From contig CALPMC020000002.1 in assembly GCA_943324565.2 (NCBI GenBank), positions 963-64,962 on the forward strand: a stretch of 64,000 nt of DNA, given 5' to 3'. This DNA comes from Chitinophaga pinensis (GTDB lineage: Bacteria > Bacteroidota > Bacteroidia > Flavobacteriales_D > Crocinitomicaceae). The position numbers and the translations under genes were made by a program. Below the pieces are notes generated by a model. The model was not told the DNA's origin. It ran no database searches and was given only the letters and a program-made list of their open reading frames with translations. This document shows positions 16,431 through 26,657 of this stretch, in pieces. Within the stretch, counting starts at the first letter, position 1. The number at the start of each line of letters is the position of its first letter.

Positions 16431-18383
16431 TTATTTATTCAAAAGCTCTGCAACTGTATTTCTTGAAACAGAATGGTAATTAGCTTCTACATTTTTGAAG
16501 AGTTCTTTTGCCCAAATAAGATTTTCTGGTTTTTCAGCTAACGCTTTATAAATAGGAATAAGGTATTTTCTTCGACCAATTTTACTCAAGAAAGCAGCAA
16601 TTTCTGGTCGGATTTCGGTAAAATCATTTTTGATTGCTAGCACAAACCATTCGTTCATTATTTCTGCATTCCCACATGTAGAAAAGCCTAAAAACTGATC
16701 GAGTTCTTTCATTTTTCGTTTACCAATTTCAGGATTTAAGGCGCGAATAAATGTTTGCCATTCTTGAACAATGTAATCTTTACGCTCAATTTTTGTCACA
16801 ATCATTTTGCGATAACGTTTACCTTTTTTTCTGTAATATTTATAAGTGATAATTGGTGCAAACAAAACTTCGCCAGCATTGGTTTTTTCAGCCATTTCAG
16901 TCATCTTTTCCAATCTTGTAGAACTTAATTGTAAGCAATTTTTCGGCAATCCTTTTTTATAAATCCATTCTTCCGTATTGAATTGAATGTTGTTTTTTGA
17001 AAGTAATTCCTCATTCAAATAATTAACAAAAGTCTTTGAATTGATTGTTTTGAAGGCAAAGTGTTGAAAATATTTTTTGAGAAATATATCCATTTGTTTT
17101 CTTCCAACTTTTTCTTCTAATGTTTTTAGGAAAAATGCACCTTTTACGTATGCAATATCCGTCATTCCATCATCCGGATTTCTATTTTCCAAATCGAGGA
17201 ATAACTTACTGTCATTCGGATATTTCGACTTTCTAATTTGGTCTAATTCATCTTCTAATTCTTGAAACTCAATAATTGCAAGGATGTCTGCAATTTCCTT
17301 TCCGTACAATTTTTCCATTATACGGTTTTCAAAATAAACAGTAAATCCTTCATTTAACCAGAAATCATTCCAAGTGTGATTCGTAACTAAATTCCCTGAC
17401 CAAGAATGGGCAAGTTCATGAGCAATAACCGATACTAAACTTCGATCGCCCGCAATTATAGTTGGATTTACGAAAGTCAACATCGGATTTTCCATGCCAC
17501 CAAACGGAAACGAGTAGGGTAGAATCAGCAAATCGTATTGATCCCATTGATACTTACCGTACAAACGTTCTGCAGTATGAAACATTCTGGGTAAATCTAC
17601 AAACTCATTTTTTGAGGCGCTCATTAACTCAGGTTCGCAATAAACACCAGTGTTTTTACTGAATGCATGGTATTTCAAATCGCCAACAGCCAAAGCAATC
17701 AAGTAAGAAGGAATTGCCTTTTTCATTTCGAAATTATAAATGCCTTCACTATTTTTTTTCTTTTGATTTTTTGCACTCATTACCGCCATCAACTCTTCTG
17801 GAACCTTGACTTTTGCTGAATAAGTAATACGATTGGAAGGTGAATCTTGGGTTGGAATCCATGTTCGTGTGAGAATTGCTTGACCTTGCGTATATAGAAA
17901 TGGGTGTTTTTTTGAGCTCGTGAGATTTGAATCCAGCCAATCTAGAGCTTCTGAATCTTTCGTTGTTTGATAATAAATATTTATTTGCGTCGTTTTTGAA
18001 CTCACACTTACGAGTAAAGGTTGACCTAAAATCGAATCTTTATCCATATTACCAATCACAAAATCTGCTTCTCGTTCTTGATTCTTTTTACCAGTTGTAA
18101 TCTTTTGAATTTGAAGTCCTTTGATGTCAAAAATTGCAGTATCACTTCCGAAGTTTTTCATCGTGTGACGTGCAACTCCATAAATTGTTTTGTTGTTGAA
18201 ATTAACTTCTAATTCCAAATCTAAATGGGTGGTATGTATTTCCTTAATATTTGAATAACTATGATCATCATAGCTAGAATCAGCGAGTTGTTCTGTTTTG
18301 GTTGCAGGTGCTTTCGGAATCGTATCACAAGAAACAATGTAAAACGATAGAACGAGGATTAAAATTTTACTCAAAAAGTGCAT
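16431..18383 (-). CDS. M1-family zinc aminopeptidase (leukotriene A4 hydrolase-like), lipoprotein
   Basis: GGMENP and HELAHSWSGN...x18...NEGF motifs. Signal/lipobox YIVSC. ATG 18383 overlaps the upstream TGA (TGATG). Confidence 0.9.
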   Translation of the reverse strand: MHFLSKILILVLSFYIVSCDTIPKAPATKTEQLADSSYDDHSYSNIKEIHTTHLDLELEVNFNNKTIYGVARHTMKNFGSDTAIFDIKGLQIQKITTGKKNQEREADFVIGNMDKDSILGQPLLVSVSSKTTQINIYYQTTKDSEALDWLDSNLTSSKKHPFLYTQGQAILTRTWIPTQDSPSNRITYSAKVKVPEELMAVMSAKNQKKKNSEGIYNFEMKKAIPSYLIALAVGDLKYHAFSKNTGVYCEPELMSASKNEFVDLPRMFHTAERLYGKYQWDQYDLLILPYSFPFGGMENPMLTFVNPTIIAGDRSLVSVIAHELAHSWSGNLVTNHTWNDFWLNEGFTVYFENRIMEKLYGKEIADILAIIEFQELEDELDQIRKSKYPNDSKLFLDLENRNPDDGMTDIAYVKGAFFLKTLEEKVGRKQMDIFLKKYFQHFAFKTINSKTFVNYLNEELLSKNNIQFNTEEWIYKKGLPKNCLQLSSTRLEKMTEMAEKTNAGEVLFAPIITYKYYRKKGKRYRKMIVTKIERKDYIVQEWQTFIRALNPEIGKRKMKELDQFLGFSTCGNAEIMNEWFVLAIKNDFTEIRPEIAAFLSKIGRRKYLIPIYKALAEKPENLIWAKELFKNVEANYHSVSRNTVAELLNK

Positions 18384-19960
18384 CAATTGGATTTAAAATT
18401 AAGTACACCAAATCGTTCTTTATTGCCTAGAATAGAGTACATTAAAATTTCTTTATTCACTCTATCGACTTTGAACATTTTAGGAACAACAATCGACTTC
18501 AAATCTTTACGAGAAAACAAGTTTTTACGTTCAATTTTCCCATCAATTAAGTTCAAACTCGTAATTGCAGCAACATTTTTCCGTTTCGATAAATTAAACG
18601 AATAAACTCTTCTTAAATCTTGACGGAAATTACCTTCATCGTCGTAATTGCGTAGATTATCGTTGAAAATAAAGTTGATAGATTTTCCATCAGTAAAACT
18701 TGAATACGAGCTAAAAGGCCCACCGTCGTTAATTGAAACTTGCGATTTAGGAATTCTTTTTTGCCAATCAAAAGCACCCGTTTTACCAATTTTAAAGGCA
18801 ATTATATCATCATAATAGTAATAAGTAACATTGGAGGACATGCCCGTTCGATTGTCATAATTTGCTCTTCTGTAAACGTAATATTGTTCCATTGAGCCGA
18901 CAATTGAGCCATCTTCCAATACAAACATATCTCTCAAACGATAATTATAATATTGGTTTTGTAGGTTTGGATTAGTTCCAATTGTTGCTTGACGATCATA
19001 TTGCTCATTATCCAACCAACTTTCCATCGCTATTTCTTTATCAAATGGAATTATGCCTTTAGATACAATGCTATCGTTTTTTGAATCGATAGTTATAATA
19101 AATACACCTAAAATCCCTTGTCGATTTCCTTTTCCATACAAGCCGGAAAGCGTACAGAAGCTACTATCATTTGAATTTAATTGCATGTCGTCAACCCGTA
19201 AACCATCTACGTCAATTGAAAATTCCTTAAGTTGATTATTATTGATTTTGTAAAGATGCAAAGCTTTGTAATTGTCAAAATCTCTTCCAAAAAGTCGATC
19301 ATTTGGCTTTGTGTGTTCAGTTATACTTACCAAATAGTCACCTGAATTTGAAATATGTTGTTCGTTAATAGTGGTCAAATTACCATTGAAAGGCAAAGAA
19401 TATTCACCAAATTGCAATTCCTTTAAATTTTCATCAATTACTTTATAACCATAAATGTCACTTATTTCTTTCCTTCCGGGTATTTCCCAAACGATTCCAA
19501 TGTATTTTCGATTTTGAGATTGAATAATACTGAAATTAGGCTGTGCACCTAATTTGTTATTCGCGTAACTTGCAATTAAAATCGATGGTCCAGCGGCTTC
19601 TAAATTGTCATAATACGGTTGCATGTAAAGTGTCATCATACCGTTGCTTCTATCGGAAAGAAAAATAATCAGTTGATTTCCAAAATAATAAGCAGTTTCA
19701 AAATTTGCAATTCCAGTTTCTGCAACGAGTTTAATTCTTTTTTGCTGGAGAAAAGAAAGGTTTTCATTTTCAGAGATACGATAGGTGCCAAACGAACTTC
19801 CTGTCCATCTTAAACTGTAAAAATCATTTGTATTTTTAGGAAGAATGTCCATTAATGAACCTTGACTTCTTTCCAATTCTCCCCAAAATATTGGAAACTC
19901 TTTCTGCCCTAAAACAAGTATCTGTAATAGTAAAAAAAGGAGTAAAAGTAGTCGTTTCAT
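18383..19960 (-). CDS. Hypothetical secreted protein
   Basis: 525-aa ORF with signal peptide MKRLLLLLFLLLQILVLGQ. No family recognised. Confidence 0.6.
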   Translation of the reverse strand: MKRLLLLLFLLLQILVLGQKEFPIFWGELERSQGSLMDILPKNTNDFYSLRWTGSSFGTYRISENENLSFLQQKRIKLVAETGIANFETAYYFGNQLIIFLSDRSNGMMTLYMQPYYDNLEAAGPSILIASYANNKLGAQPNFSIIQSQNRKYIGIVWEIPGRKEISDIYGYKVIDENLKELQFGEYSLPFNGNLTTINEQHISNSGDYLVSITEHTKPNDRLFGRDFDNYKALHLYKINNNQLKEFSIDVDGLRVDDMQLNSNDSSFCTLSGLYGKGNRQGILGVFIITIDSKNDSIVSKGIIPFDKEIAMESWLDNEQYDRQATIGTNPNLQNQYYNYRLRDMFVLEDGSIVGSMEQYYVYRRANYDNRTGMSSNVTYYYYDDIIAFKIGKTGAFDWQKRIPKSQVSINDGGPFSSYSSFTDGKSINFIFNDNLRNYDDEGNFRQDLRRVYSFNLSKRKNVAAITSLNLIDGKIERKNLFSRKDLKSIVVPKMFKVDRVNKEILMYSILGNKERFGVLNFKSN

Positions 19961-19965
19961 TTGCT

Positions 19966-21321
19966 TTAGTTTACCAATTGTATTCCGAGGTAAGTTGTAG
20001 GTTTTATTTGTTTTAACTCTGTTTTTAATTGTTCACTCACTTCCAAAGTGTCGATAAACGCATGAACAGATTCCATTGTTACTTTTTCATTTTTACGCGT
20101 CAAACCTTTCAATGCTTCGTATGGTTTTTCAAATCCCTCACGTCTTAAAATTGTTTGAATTGCTTCGGCAACAACAGCCCAATTATTCTCCAAATCTTCC
20201 TCTAATTTGTCACAATTTAGTAATAATTTACTTAATCCGTTCAATGTAGAATGAAAAGCAATCAAAGTGTGTCCCATCGGCATTCCAACCGCGCGGAGAA
20301 CTGTAGAATCTGTTAAGTCACGTTGTAATCTTGAAACAGGTAATTTTGCTGCTAAATGTTCAAAAAGTGCGTTGGCAATTCCAATGTTTCCTTCTGAATT
20401 TTCAAAATCAATTGGGTTTACTTTGTGTGGCATTGCTGAAGAGCCAATTTCTCCTTCTTTTAGTTTTTGTTTGAAATAATCCATTGAAATATAGGTCCAC
20501 ATATCGCGGTCTAAATCCAATAGAATCGTATTAATACGTTTTAGACAGTCAAAAAGTGCAGCTAAGTTATCGTAATGTTCGATTTGAGTAGTCGTTTGAC
20601 TTCTATCTAAACCAAGATTTTTATTCACGAAATTGTTCGCAAATTCCACCCAATTGATTTCGGGAAAAGCGATATGATGCGCATTGAAATTTCCAGTTGC
20701 ACCACCAAATTTTGCAGAAAAAGGTATCGCTAAAAGTTGTTTGCGTTGAACGGTTAAACGCTCTGAAAAAACTTGAATTTCTTTTCCTAAACGCGTTGGT
20801 GAAGCAGGCTGCCCGTGTGTTTTTGCTAACATCGGAATATCCTTCCATTCGTTTTGGAAATCTACCAATTTGGAAATAATTTCATCAAGCATTGGCAGAT
20901 AAACTCTCAAAATTCCTTCTTTCAAAGAAAGTGGGATGGAGGTATTGTTAATATCTTGCGACGTTAAACCAAAATGTATAAATTCTAAATATTCCCCTAA
21001 TCCTAAAGATTTCATTCGATCTTTTAAGAAATATTCAACAGCTTTCACATCGTGATTGGTGATTCTTTCCGAATCCTTAATCCATTGTGTATCAGTCATT
21101 GTGAAGTTTTGATAAATAGCTCTAAGCTCCTCTATTTTTAAAGTTGGAAACGAACTCAAAGCTTGAATTGGCATTTTTGTCAAAGCAATAAAATATTCGA
21201 CTTCTACTTGAACTCGGTAACGAATCAATCCAAATTCAGAGAAAAATGGACTTAAAGATTTTGTTTTGGAAAAATAGCGACCGTCGATAGGTGAAATTGC
21301 TGTAAGAGGACTGAAATTCAT
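19966..21321 (-). CDS. purB: Adenylosuccinate lyase
   Basis: Fumarate-lyase superfamily signature (GSSAMPHKVNP) and a typical PurB N-terminus (LTAISPIDGRY). Confidence 0.95.
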   Translation of the reverse strand: MNFSPLTAISPIDGRYFSKTKSLSPFFSEFGLIRYRVQVEVEYFIALTKMPIQALSSFPTLKIEELRAIYQNFTMTDTQWIKDSERITNHDVKAVEYFLKDRMKSLGLGEYLEFIHFGLTSQDINNTSIPLSLKEGILRVYLPMLDEIISKLVDFQNEWKDIPMLAKTHGQPASPTRLGKEIQVFSERLTVQRKQLLAIPFSAKFGGATGNFNAHHIAFPEINWVEFANNFVNKNLGLDRSQTTTQIEHYDNLAALFDCLKRINTILLDLDRDMWTYISMDYFKQKLKEGEIGSSAMPHKVNPIDFENSEGNIGIANALFEHLAAKLPVSRLQRDLTDSTVLRAVGMPMGHTLIAFHSTLNGLSKLLLNCDKLEEDLENNWAVVAEAIQTILRREGFEKPYEALKGLTRKNEKVTMESVHAFIDTLEVSEQLKTELKQIKPTTYLGIQLVN

Positions 21322-21337
21322 ATTTTTTAGAAAGATA

Positions 21338-21345
21338 CAAAGTTA
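21338..21345 (-). promoter_or_regulatory. -7 promoter box TAACTTTG (minus strand)
   Basis: Plus strand reads CAAAGTTA, 16 nt upstream of the purB ATG. Confidence 0.45.
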
Positions 21346-21463
21346 AGATTTTGAAAGGTAGAATAATAAATCTTTACTTAAAAGGTATTACTTTATTTCA
21401 ACAATTCCATAACTACTTTCTTTTTATGACCAAAAAATGATTTATAAAAACAGATTTTAGTAA

Positions 21464-21482
21464 TTAGTTAATAATTAACTAA
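21464..21482. promoter_or_regulatory. 19-nt perfect AT-rich palindrome TTAGTTAATAATTAACTAA
   Basis: 9-bp arms around a central A, in the 420-bp AT-rich purB-upstream intergenic region. Confidence 0.3.
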
Positions 21483-21594
21483 AATATTAATATATAGCTA
21501 TTTATAATTATTAATTTAAAGTATTAATTTATAATGAGCAGTTTTTGACATGAAATTTTGAAAAATAAACAATCATAGCTTTATGTTTGAATAA

Positions 21595-21692
21595 AAAAAC
21601 CTGTAATTCTCTTGCATACTTTTTATTTCAGCAACAATGTGAAGTAGAAGTGAATATGAACTTTCAATTTATCACTTGATTTACAGGTTTTT
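21595..21692 (-). terminator. 12-bp inverted repeat AAAAACCTGTAA...TTACAGGTTTTT with a 74-nt loop; probable terminator or structured RNA downstream of the SHOCT/Dps genes
   Basis: Arms at 21595-21606 and 21681-21692. U-tracts follow on both strands. The loop is unusually large for a simple terminator. Confidence 0.35.
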
Positions 21693-21742
21693 ATTTTATT
21701 TTGAATATTGTTTGTGTAAATGATCTTTGCTTTTAAAGCGTA

Positions 21743-21955
21743 TTATTTATCAATTAATTGTTTCAACTTTTGATATTCTTCATTCGTAATTTCACCCGAA
21801 GCCAATCGTCTTTTTAATAGTTGAATTGGTGAGTTTTTCCTGAAGCGTCGTCCTGGAACATCATAAGGCGTTGCAAAAATCCAAAAAATAATTAATCCCC
21901 AAAACATCCACCAACCGAAGTGCATGCCGATAAAATTGTAGTTTTCGTAATACAT
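21743..21955 (-). CDS. SHOCT-domain small membrane protein
   Basis: One TM helix, then LASGEITNEEYQKLKQLI (SHOCT motif). Confidence 0.7.
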   Translation of the reverse strand: MYYENYNFIGMHFGWWMFWGLIIFWIFATPYDVPGRRFRKNSPIQLLKRRLASGEITNEEYQKLKQLIDK

Positions 21956-21959
21956 AATT

Positions 21960-22436
21960 TTAATTTTTTAAGTGTGAACGTAAAAACCAAGCCATTTTTT
22001 CGTGTGTTTCCATAATTCCAGTAATGAAATCTATAGTTCCAAAATCAGTATTTGAAAGTGAAAAAGATTCAATATTCGCACGTAGATTGAAAATAATACT
22101 TTCATGATCTTGTAAAAGTTCTTTTATAAAACCCTTGCTATCATTCTTTTCTCTTGATTCCTCAGATAGTTGGGTTAATCTTAAGAAATCTTTTAAACTA
22201 GCTGGCGCATAGTGACCAATTGAACGGATTCGTTCCGCAATGCTGTCAATCAACACATCTAAATGTTTAAATTGTGATTCGAATAGTAAGTGGTTTTCAT
22301 AAAAATCAGCATCTTCAATATTCCAATGTGCATTTTTCGTTTTCAAACATAATACTGATTCATCTGCCAAAATTTTAGATAATTCATTTGCAATTAAATA
22401 GCTGTCTTTTTCTGTTATTCCTATTTCTGTTTTCAT
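21960..22436 (-). CDS. dps: Dps-family DNA-protecting ferritin-like protein
   Basis: 158 aa. The KTKNAHWNIED..F...H..FE......D.IAERI pattern is typical of Dps. Confidence 0.85.
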   Translation of the reverse strand: MKTEIGITEKDSYLIANELSKILADESVLCLKTKNAHWNIEDADFYENHLLFESQFKHLDVLIDSIAERIRSIGHYAPASLKDFLRLTQLSEESREKNDSKGFIKELLQDHESIIFNLRANIESFSLSNTDFGTIDFITGIMETHEKMAWFLRSHLKN

Positions 22437-22450
22437 TCTTTTGTAATTTT

Positions 22451-22969
22451 TTATTCTCCATTTTCTTCATCTAGTTCGTTGTGATCATCTCCACCCAAAC
22501 TATAGTAATTGTTTTCTTCATCTTCATTCCCAATACTTTCTTCCTCATCATCTAATTCAGAACCAGGGACATCTAAACCACTGCCATATAAGTTATAGTG
22601 AGCGCTAGTTGGTTGTCGATTAAGATTTTCAAATTTGTTTTTTGAGCAATCTTCTGGATCTATGTCTTTTTCCTCCTTACTTACTGTATAAATATCTTCT
22701 GATTTACCATAATAAGGATATTCGATAACTTCATATTGCAAGGCTTTGTTATTCTTTGCTTTTTCCAAATGTGTTTTTGAATATTGAGCTATTAGGTCAT
22801 TTAATGAATTGAAATAATCTAATAAATTTTGATTACTGATTTTTTCATCATCTAATTCCGATCTTATGGATGGGATTTCTTTAATGTATTTCGTTAATTC
22901 TGGAAATTCAAGGTAAATCCTATTTGTAATGTCTATAATCGATTGATTTAATGTTTGTTTTGATTTCAT
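22451..22969 (-). CDS. Hypothetical acidic protein
   Basis: 172-aa ORF co-oriented with Dps. Very acidic C-terminus (SELDDEEESIGNEDEENN...DEENGE). No family recognised. Confidence 0.5.
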   Translation of the reverse strand: MKSKQTLNQSIIDITNRIYLEFPELTKYIKEIPSIRSELDDEKISNQNLLDYFNSLNDLIAQYSKTHLEKAKNNKALQYEVIEYPYYGKSEDIYTVSKEEKDIDPEDCSKNKFENLNRQPTSAHYNLYGSGLDVPGSELDDEEESIGNEDEENNYYSLGGDDHNELDEENGE

Positions 22970-23045
22970 AGTCTAAATATTACTGAATTCTCTTAACTGA
23001 TTTTGAACAAATTGATGACTTCCTCTATTAGAGTCTTTCCATTTA

Positions 23046-23088
23046 CTAAAAAAAATAAACGGTGATTATAAAGTTTAACCACCGTTCC
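23046..23088 (-). terminator. Rho-independent terminator after the BON-domain gene
   Basis: Stem AACGGTG/CACCGTT (23058-23064 and 23080-23086), followed on the minus strand by a U8 tract (plus-strand A-run 23048-23055). Confidence 0.6.
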
Positions 23089-23092
23089 TTTT

Positions 23093-23764
23093 TTAATCTA
23101 CTAAACTGTAGTAATAATCAACTTCTAATTCATTTTTCACATGCCAAATACCTGGCGTGTTCCAAGCAATGCGACCAGCTTCCTCTTTCTGATACCAAGA
23201 ATCAACTGTTCCAGTTAAAGTAACCGTAGAGCCCGAAACTTCAACTTTTAAATCGCTATCATCAACAGACCAGCTTCTTGCAATAGCATTTTCGACATCT
23301 TTTCTTTCAATTGAATCATGATTTTCAGATTTAATTTTGATGTTATTTGTAACACCTTTAACTCCCATTAAGAAGTTTATTGCGTTTTTAGCTGCGTCTT
23401 TTTGATAATTCCAAGGTAATTCTCCCTCCAAAGTTACCCAGCCATCTTCAACAATAACAGTCACTTTATCCTTAGGAACTGACCAATTTGAGTTTAGGGC
23501 TGTTAAAACTTCATTTGCGATTTCAACATTTGTTTTAGACCAAAAATTTGGAAATTTTACTTCAATTTTTTCAACTAAAGCTCTCACACCAATCACTTTT
23601 TTTGTTGCATTTTCAGCTTCAATTTTCTTTGCATAACTATCAACGTTTCCTGTTAAAGTTACTACACCATCCTTTGCAGTAACACCTATTTCAGCTGCGT
23701 GTAATAGTGGTTCCCATTTAATAGCGTTTTGAACATCTTCTTGTAATTCTTGATTATTTTTCAT
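23093..23764 (-). CDS. BON-domain (OsmY-like) protein with three BON repeats
   Basis: Three repeats of the pattern V.V..G.VTL.G.V.S...K..A...A..V.GV..V.N.I. Confidence 0.8.
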   Translation of the reverse strand: MKNNQELQEDVQNAIKWEPLLHAAEIGVTAKDGVVTLTGNVDSYAKKIEAENATKKVIGVRALVEKIEVKFPNFWSKTNVEIANEVLTALNSNWSVPKDKVTVIVEDGWVTLEGELPWNYQKDAAKNAINFLMGVKGVTNNIKIKSENHDSIERKDVENAIARSWSVDDSDLKVEVSGSTVTLTGTVDSWYQKEEAGRIAWNTPGIWHVKNELEVDYYYSLVD

Positions 23765-24034
23765 TTTGTAATGATTTTAATTATGAATTTATTTTCATAA
23801 CAGTGCAAAGTTGGATTGATTTAAGTGTTTAATACTTACATTATTGTTTAATCCAATTGTAAATTAAAACGTCAGAAAATCAGACAATTGAATACTCCGA
23901 ATAAATCCGAATCACCAGACTAATTATTGCATTTAAAGTATTACCTGAAAGGCATAATAGATTTTGTAAGTAAATGATATGAATTAAGTGTTGTTATGAT
24001 TTTTTTTTACAACCGCATAATCCAAAGCTATTTA

Positions 24035-24042
24035 TAACTTTG
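24035..24042 (+). promoter_or_regulatory. -7 promoter box TAACTTTG
   Basis: 5-nt gap to the ATG at 24048 (near-leaderless). Confidence 0.45.
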
Positions 24043-24047
24043 TAGTA

Positions 24048-24926
24048 ATGAATTATGCAGCAATAGATGTTGGGACAAATGCAGCGCGTTTATTGATTGG
24101 TGAAGTTGTTCACCAAGATGGTAAATCGTTTGTGAAAAAGGTTTCTTACACCCGAATTCCTTTGCGATTAGGGGAAGAAGTTTTTGAAGATGGAAAAATT
24201 TCTAAGAAAAAGGTTCAAGATTTTATCAATACCATCAAGGCTTTTGGTTTAATTGCTGATATTTTTGAAGTGAAAAGATTGCGTGCTGTAGCTACTTCTG
24301 CAATGCGTGAATCTAAAAACGGACAAAAAATCGTAGACAGAATCAAAGAGGAAACAGGAATAACTTTAGAGGTTATTTCGGGTGAAGTTGAAGCAGAATT
24401 GATTTTCGGAACGTTTTTCTTGCTCGAAATTGAAAAAGAAATGCCTTTCATCGTAATCGATGTGGGAGGTGGTAGTACAGAAGTTAGTGTCTTTGAAAAA
24501 GGGGAACGAATAGCTTCTAAATCTTTTGAGATTGGTACGATTCGCCTTTTGAAAGAAAAAGTAGATAAAAACATTTGGGCTGATATTCACGAATGGATGC
24601 AGCAACATGTTGATTTATCCGACCATCATCAATTATTCGGTACTGGAGGAAACATCAATAAAGCGCACAAAATCATTGGTATAAAAGATAATAAACCAAT
24701 TCGTTTCAGTCAATTGGAAAATTTAAAACGCGATTTATCTGCACTAAGTTTGGATCAAAGAATGTCTAAATACCAATTAAAACCTGATAGGGCAGATGTA
24801 ATTGTTCCTGCGCTAGAAATTTTCACTTACATTATGAAGGAGATGGGCGCAAACGAAATTATCGTTCCAAAAATCGGTTTGTCTGATGGAATGATTTACG
24901 CTATGTATAAAGAAGATTTAAAATAA
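24048..24926 (+). CDS. Ppx/GppA-family phosphatase (short form)
   Basis: ASKHA-fold motifs: [35 protein letters not shown]. Confidence 0.8.
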   Translation: MNYAAIDVGTNAARLLIGEVVHQDGKSFVKKVSYTRIPLRLGEEVFEDGKISKKKVQDFINTIKAFGLIADIFEVKRLRAVATSAMRESKNGQKIVDRIKEETGITLEVISGEVEAELIFGTFFLLEIEKEMPFIVIDVGGGSTEVSVFEKGERIASKSFEIGTIRLLKEKVDKNIWADIHEWMQQHVDLSDHHQLFGTGGNINKAHKIIGIKDNKPIRFSQLENLKRDLSALSLDQRMSKYQLKPDRADVIVPALEIFTYIMKEMGANEIIVPKIGLSDGMIYAMYKEDLK

Positions 24927-24930
24927 TAAA

Positions 24931-26307
24931 ATGTCACAAAAACCAGCAATACCAAAAGGTACGAGGGATTTTTTACCTCAAGATGTTGCCAAAAGAAACT
25001 ATATTTTCGACACCATAAAATCTGTCTTTCAATTGTATGGATTCTCACCAATTGAAACACCAAGTTTTGAGTTATCCTCCACTCTGATGGGGAAATATGG
25101 AGAAGAAGGAGATCGTTTGATTTTCAGGATATTGAATTCTGGAGATAAAATGAAAAAGGCAGATATTGAAGCATTACAAAATGATAATTTACCAAGATTT
25201 GCTAATTCATTAGCTGAAAAAGCGTTACGTTACGATTTAACAGTTCCTTTTGCACGTTTTGTGGTACAACACCAAAATGAATTATCTTTTCCATTTAAAC
25301 GCTATCAAATTCAACTAGTTTGGCGAGCAGATCGTCCACAACACGGAAGATATCAGGAATTCTACCAATGTGACGCTGATGTAGTTGGAAGTGATTCTCT
25401 TTTGTATGAAGTAGAATTGATTCAGATTTTTGATGCTGTTTTAACAGATTTAAATCTTCCTGGCTTTACAATTCAAATGAATAATCGTAAGATACTTTCT
25501 GGAATTGCAGAAGTGAGTGGTGAATCAGAAAAATTGATTGATATTACTGTTGCGATTGATAAATTGGATAAAATAGGCGAGGAGGGAGTTGTGAAAGAAT
25601 TGGCTGAAAAAGGTGTTTCTGCATCAGCAATCAAACGAATTCAACCTTTGTTTAGTTTATCGGGTTCAAACGATGAAAAAATTGCACTTTTGACTGAATT
25701 TCTAAAAGATTCTGAAATTGGTTTAAAAGGAATTGAAGAATTAAAAGTAGTCTTAAACCACATCAATCGAATAGGTTTACGACGCGGTGAATTGCTTGTT
25801 GATGTTACGCTTGCTCGTGGTTTAAATTATTATACAGGTGCCATTTTTGAAGTAAAAGCCAAAGGTGTTAAAATGGGAAGTATTTGTGGCGGTGGACGTT
25901 ACGATGATTTAACTGGACTTTTTGGTTTGAAAGGCGTTTCTGGTGTTGGAATTTCATTTGGTGCCGATCGCATTTATGATGTACTTAATGAATTGAATTT
26001 ATTTCCAACTGAAGTAACGAAAGGTTTGCCTGTTTTATTTATGAATTTTGGTGAAAAGGAAGCTGAAAAATGCTTGGATTTAGCAAATGAATTAAGAGCG
26101 AATAAAGTGGCATGTGAAGTGTATCCGAGTGCTGCGAAATTGCAAAAGCAAATGAAATATGCCAATGATAGAAATGTTCAATTTGTAATACTTATTGGCG
26201 AAAACGAGTTGAATACTAGTTCATTTGTTTTGAAAAACATGGAAACAGGCGAACAAACAACTTTGAAATTTGAGGAGCTTTCCTCCATCTATTCACTTTT
26301 AAAATAA
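24931..26307 (+). CDS. hisS: Histidine--tRNA ligase
   Basis: Class II aaRS HisRS motifs ([35 protein letters not shown]). Confidence 0.95.
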   Translation: MSQKPAIPKGTRDFLPQDVAKRNYIFDTIKSVFQLYGFSPIETPSFELSSTLMGKYGEEGDRLIFRILNSGDKMKKADIEALQNDNLPRFANSLAEKALRYDLTVPFARFVVQHQNELSFPFKRYQIQLVWRADRPQHGRYQEFYQCDADVVGSDSLLYEVELIQIFDAVLTDLNLPGFTIQMNNRKILSGIAEVSGESEKLIDITVAIDKLDKIGEEGVVKELAEKGVSASAIKRIQPLFSLSGSNDEKIALLTEFLKDSEIGLKGIEELKVVLNHINRIGLRRGELLVDVTLARGLNYYTGAIFEVKAKGVKMGSICGGGRYDDLTGLFGLKGVSGVGISFGADRIYDVLNELNLFPTEVTKGLPVLFMNFGEKEAEKCLDLANELRANKVACEVYPSAAKLQKQMKYANDRNVQFVILIGENELNTSSFVLKNMETGEQTTLKFEELSSIYSLLK

Positions 26308-26311
26308 AACA

Positions 26312-26614
26312 ATGAAGAAAATTATTGGTTTAACTTTTTCAATCCTATTTTTAGCAGCTTGTGGTAGCAAAAAAGGTGCTTGGACAGAGGAAGAAAAGCA
26401 AAAAGCTATTCATTCTTTGGATAAACATAAAGCTGAAATTGCTGCTTTTGGTAAAGATAAACAGGCATTTATTGATTGTTATGTTGAGACTATGGAACAT
26501 CGCTACGAAAATTTCGATGCAAGCACAGAAGCTGGTAGAAATTTAGTGGTAGTCGATTGCATTAAACCAATAGTTAAAGAAAGCATTGAGGAAACAAATC
26601 GAAATTTAAAATAA
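26312..26614 (+). CDS. Small lipoprotein, paralogue of 28411-28695
   Basis: Lipobox LAAC. Conserved GSKKGAW.[ED]E.KQKA and DCY.E..E..YENFDA blocks shared with the second copy. Confidence 0.7.
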   Translation: MKKIIGLTFSILFLAACGSKKGAWTEEEKQKAIHSLDKHKAEIAAFGKDKQAFIDCYVETMEHRYENFDASTEAGRNLVVVDCIKPIVKESIEETNRNLK

Positions 26615-26625
26615 AAATTCAATTC

Positions 26626-26656
26626 AAAAAAAAAAGCCCAGTAAAACTGAGCTTTT
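26626..26656. terminator. Bidirectional hairpin terminator between the lipoprotein gene and the tRNA 3' end
   Basis: Stem AGCCCAG/CTGAGCT (one mismatch) at 26635-26653, flanked by an A10 run upstream and T4 downstream. On the minus strand it follows the tRNA and is followed by U10. Confidence 0.6.
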
Positions 26657-26657
26657 G

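Noticed and set aside
21322-21742. Replication origin in the long AT-rich spacer, or near dnaB or dnaG
   Set aside because: I see no cluster of TTATCCACA-like DnaA boxes (only one poor match, TTATCACTT), no dnaA or dnaN nearby, and no obvious switch in gene-orientation bias centred here.
24215-24608. Antisense or shadow ORFs inside well-supported genes. Examples: 24215-24574 and 24366-24608 in ppx; 1272-1490 in cca; 2254-2493 in the RRM gene; 10856-11113 in ltaE; 27648-28001 in map; 30920-31324 in ompH; 39798-40210 in paaY; 40854-41075 and 41196-41450 in ychF; 45394-45657; and all other 60-134-aa ORFs nested in larger ones
   Set aside because: Each lies fully within, or antisense to, a longer ORF that has clear family motifs. 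Their translations are low-complexity, Cys/Phe/Ile/Ser-rich, as expected from AT-rich antisense frames, and none has a promoter box.
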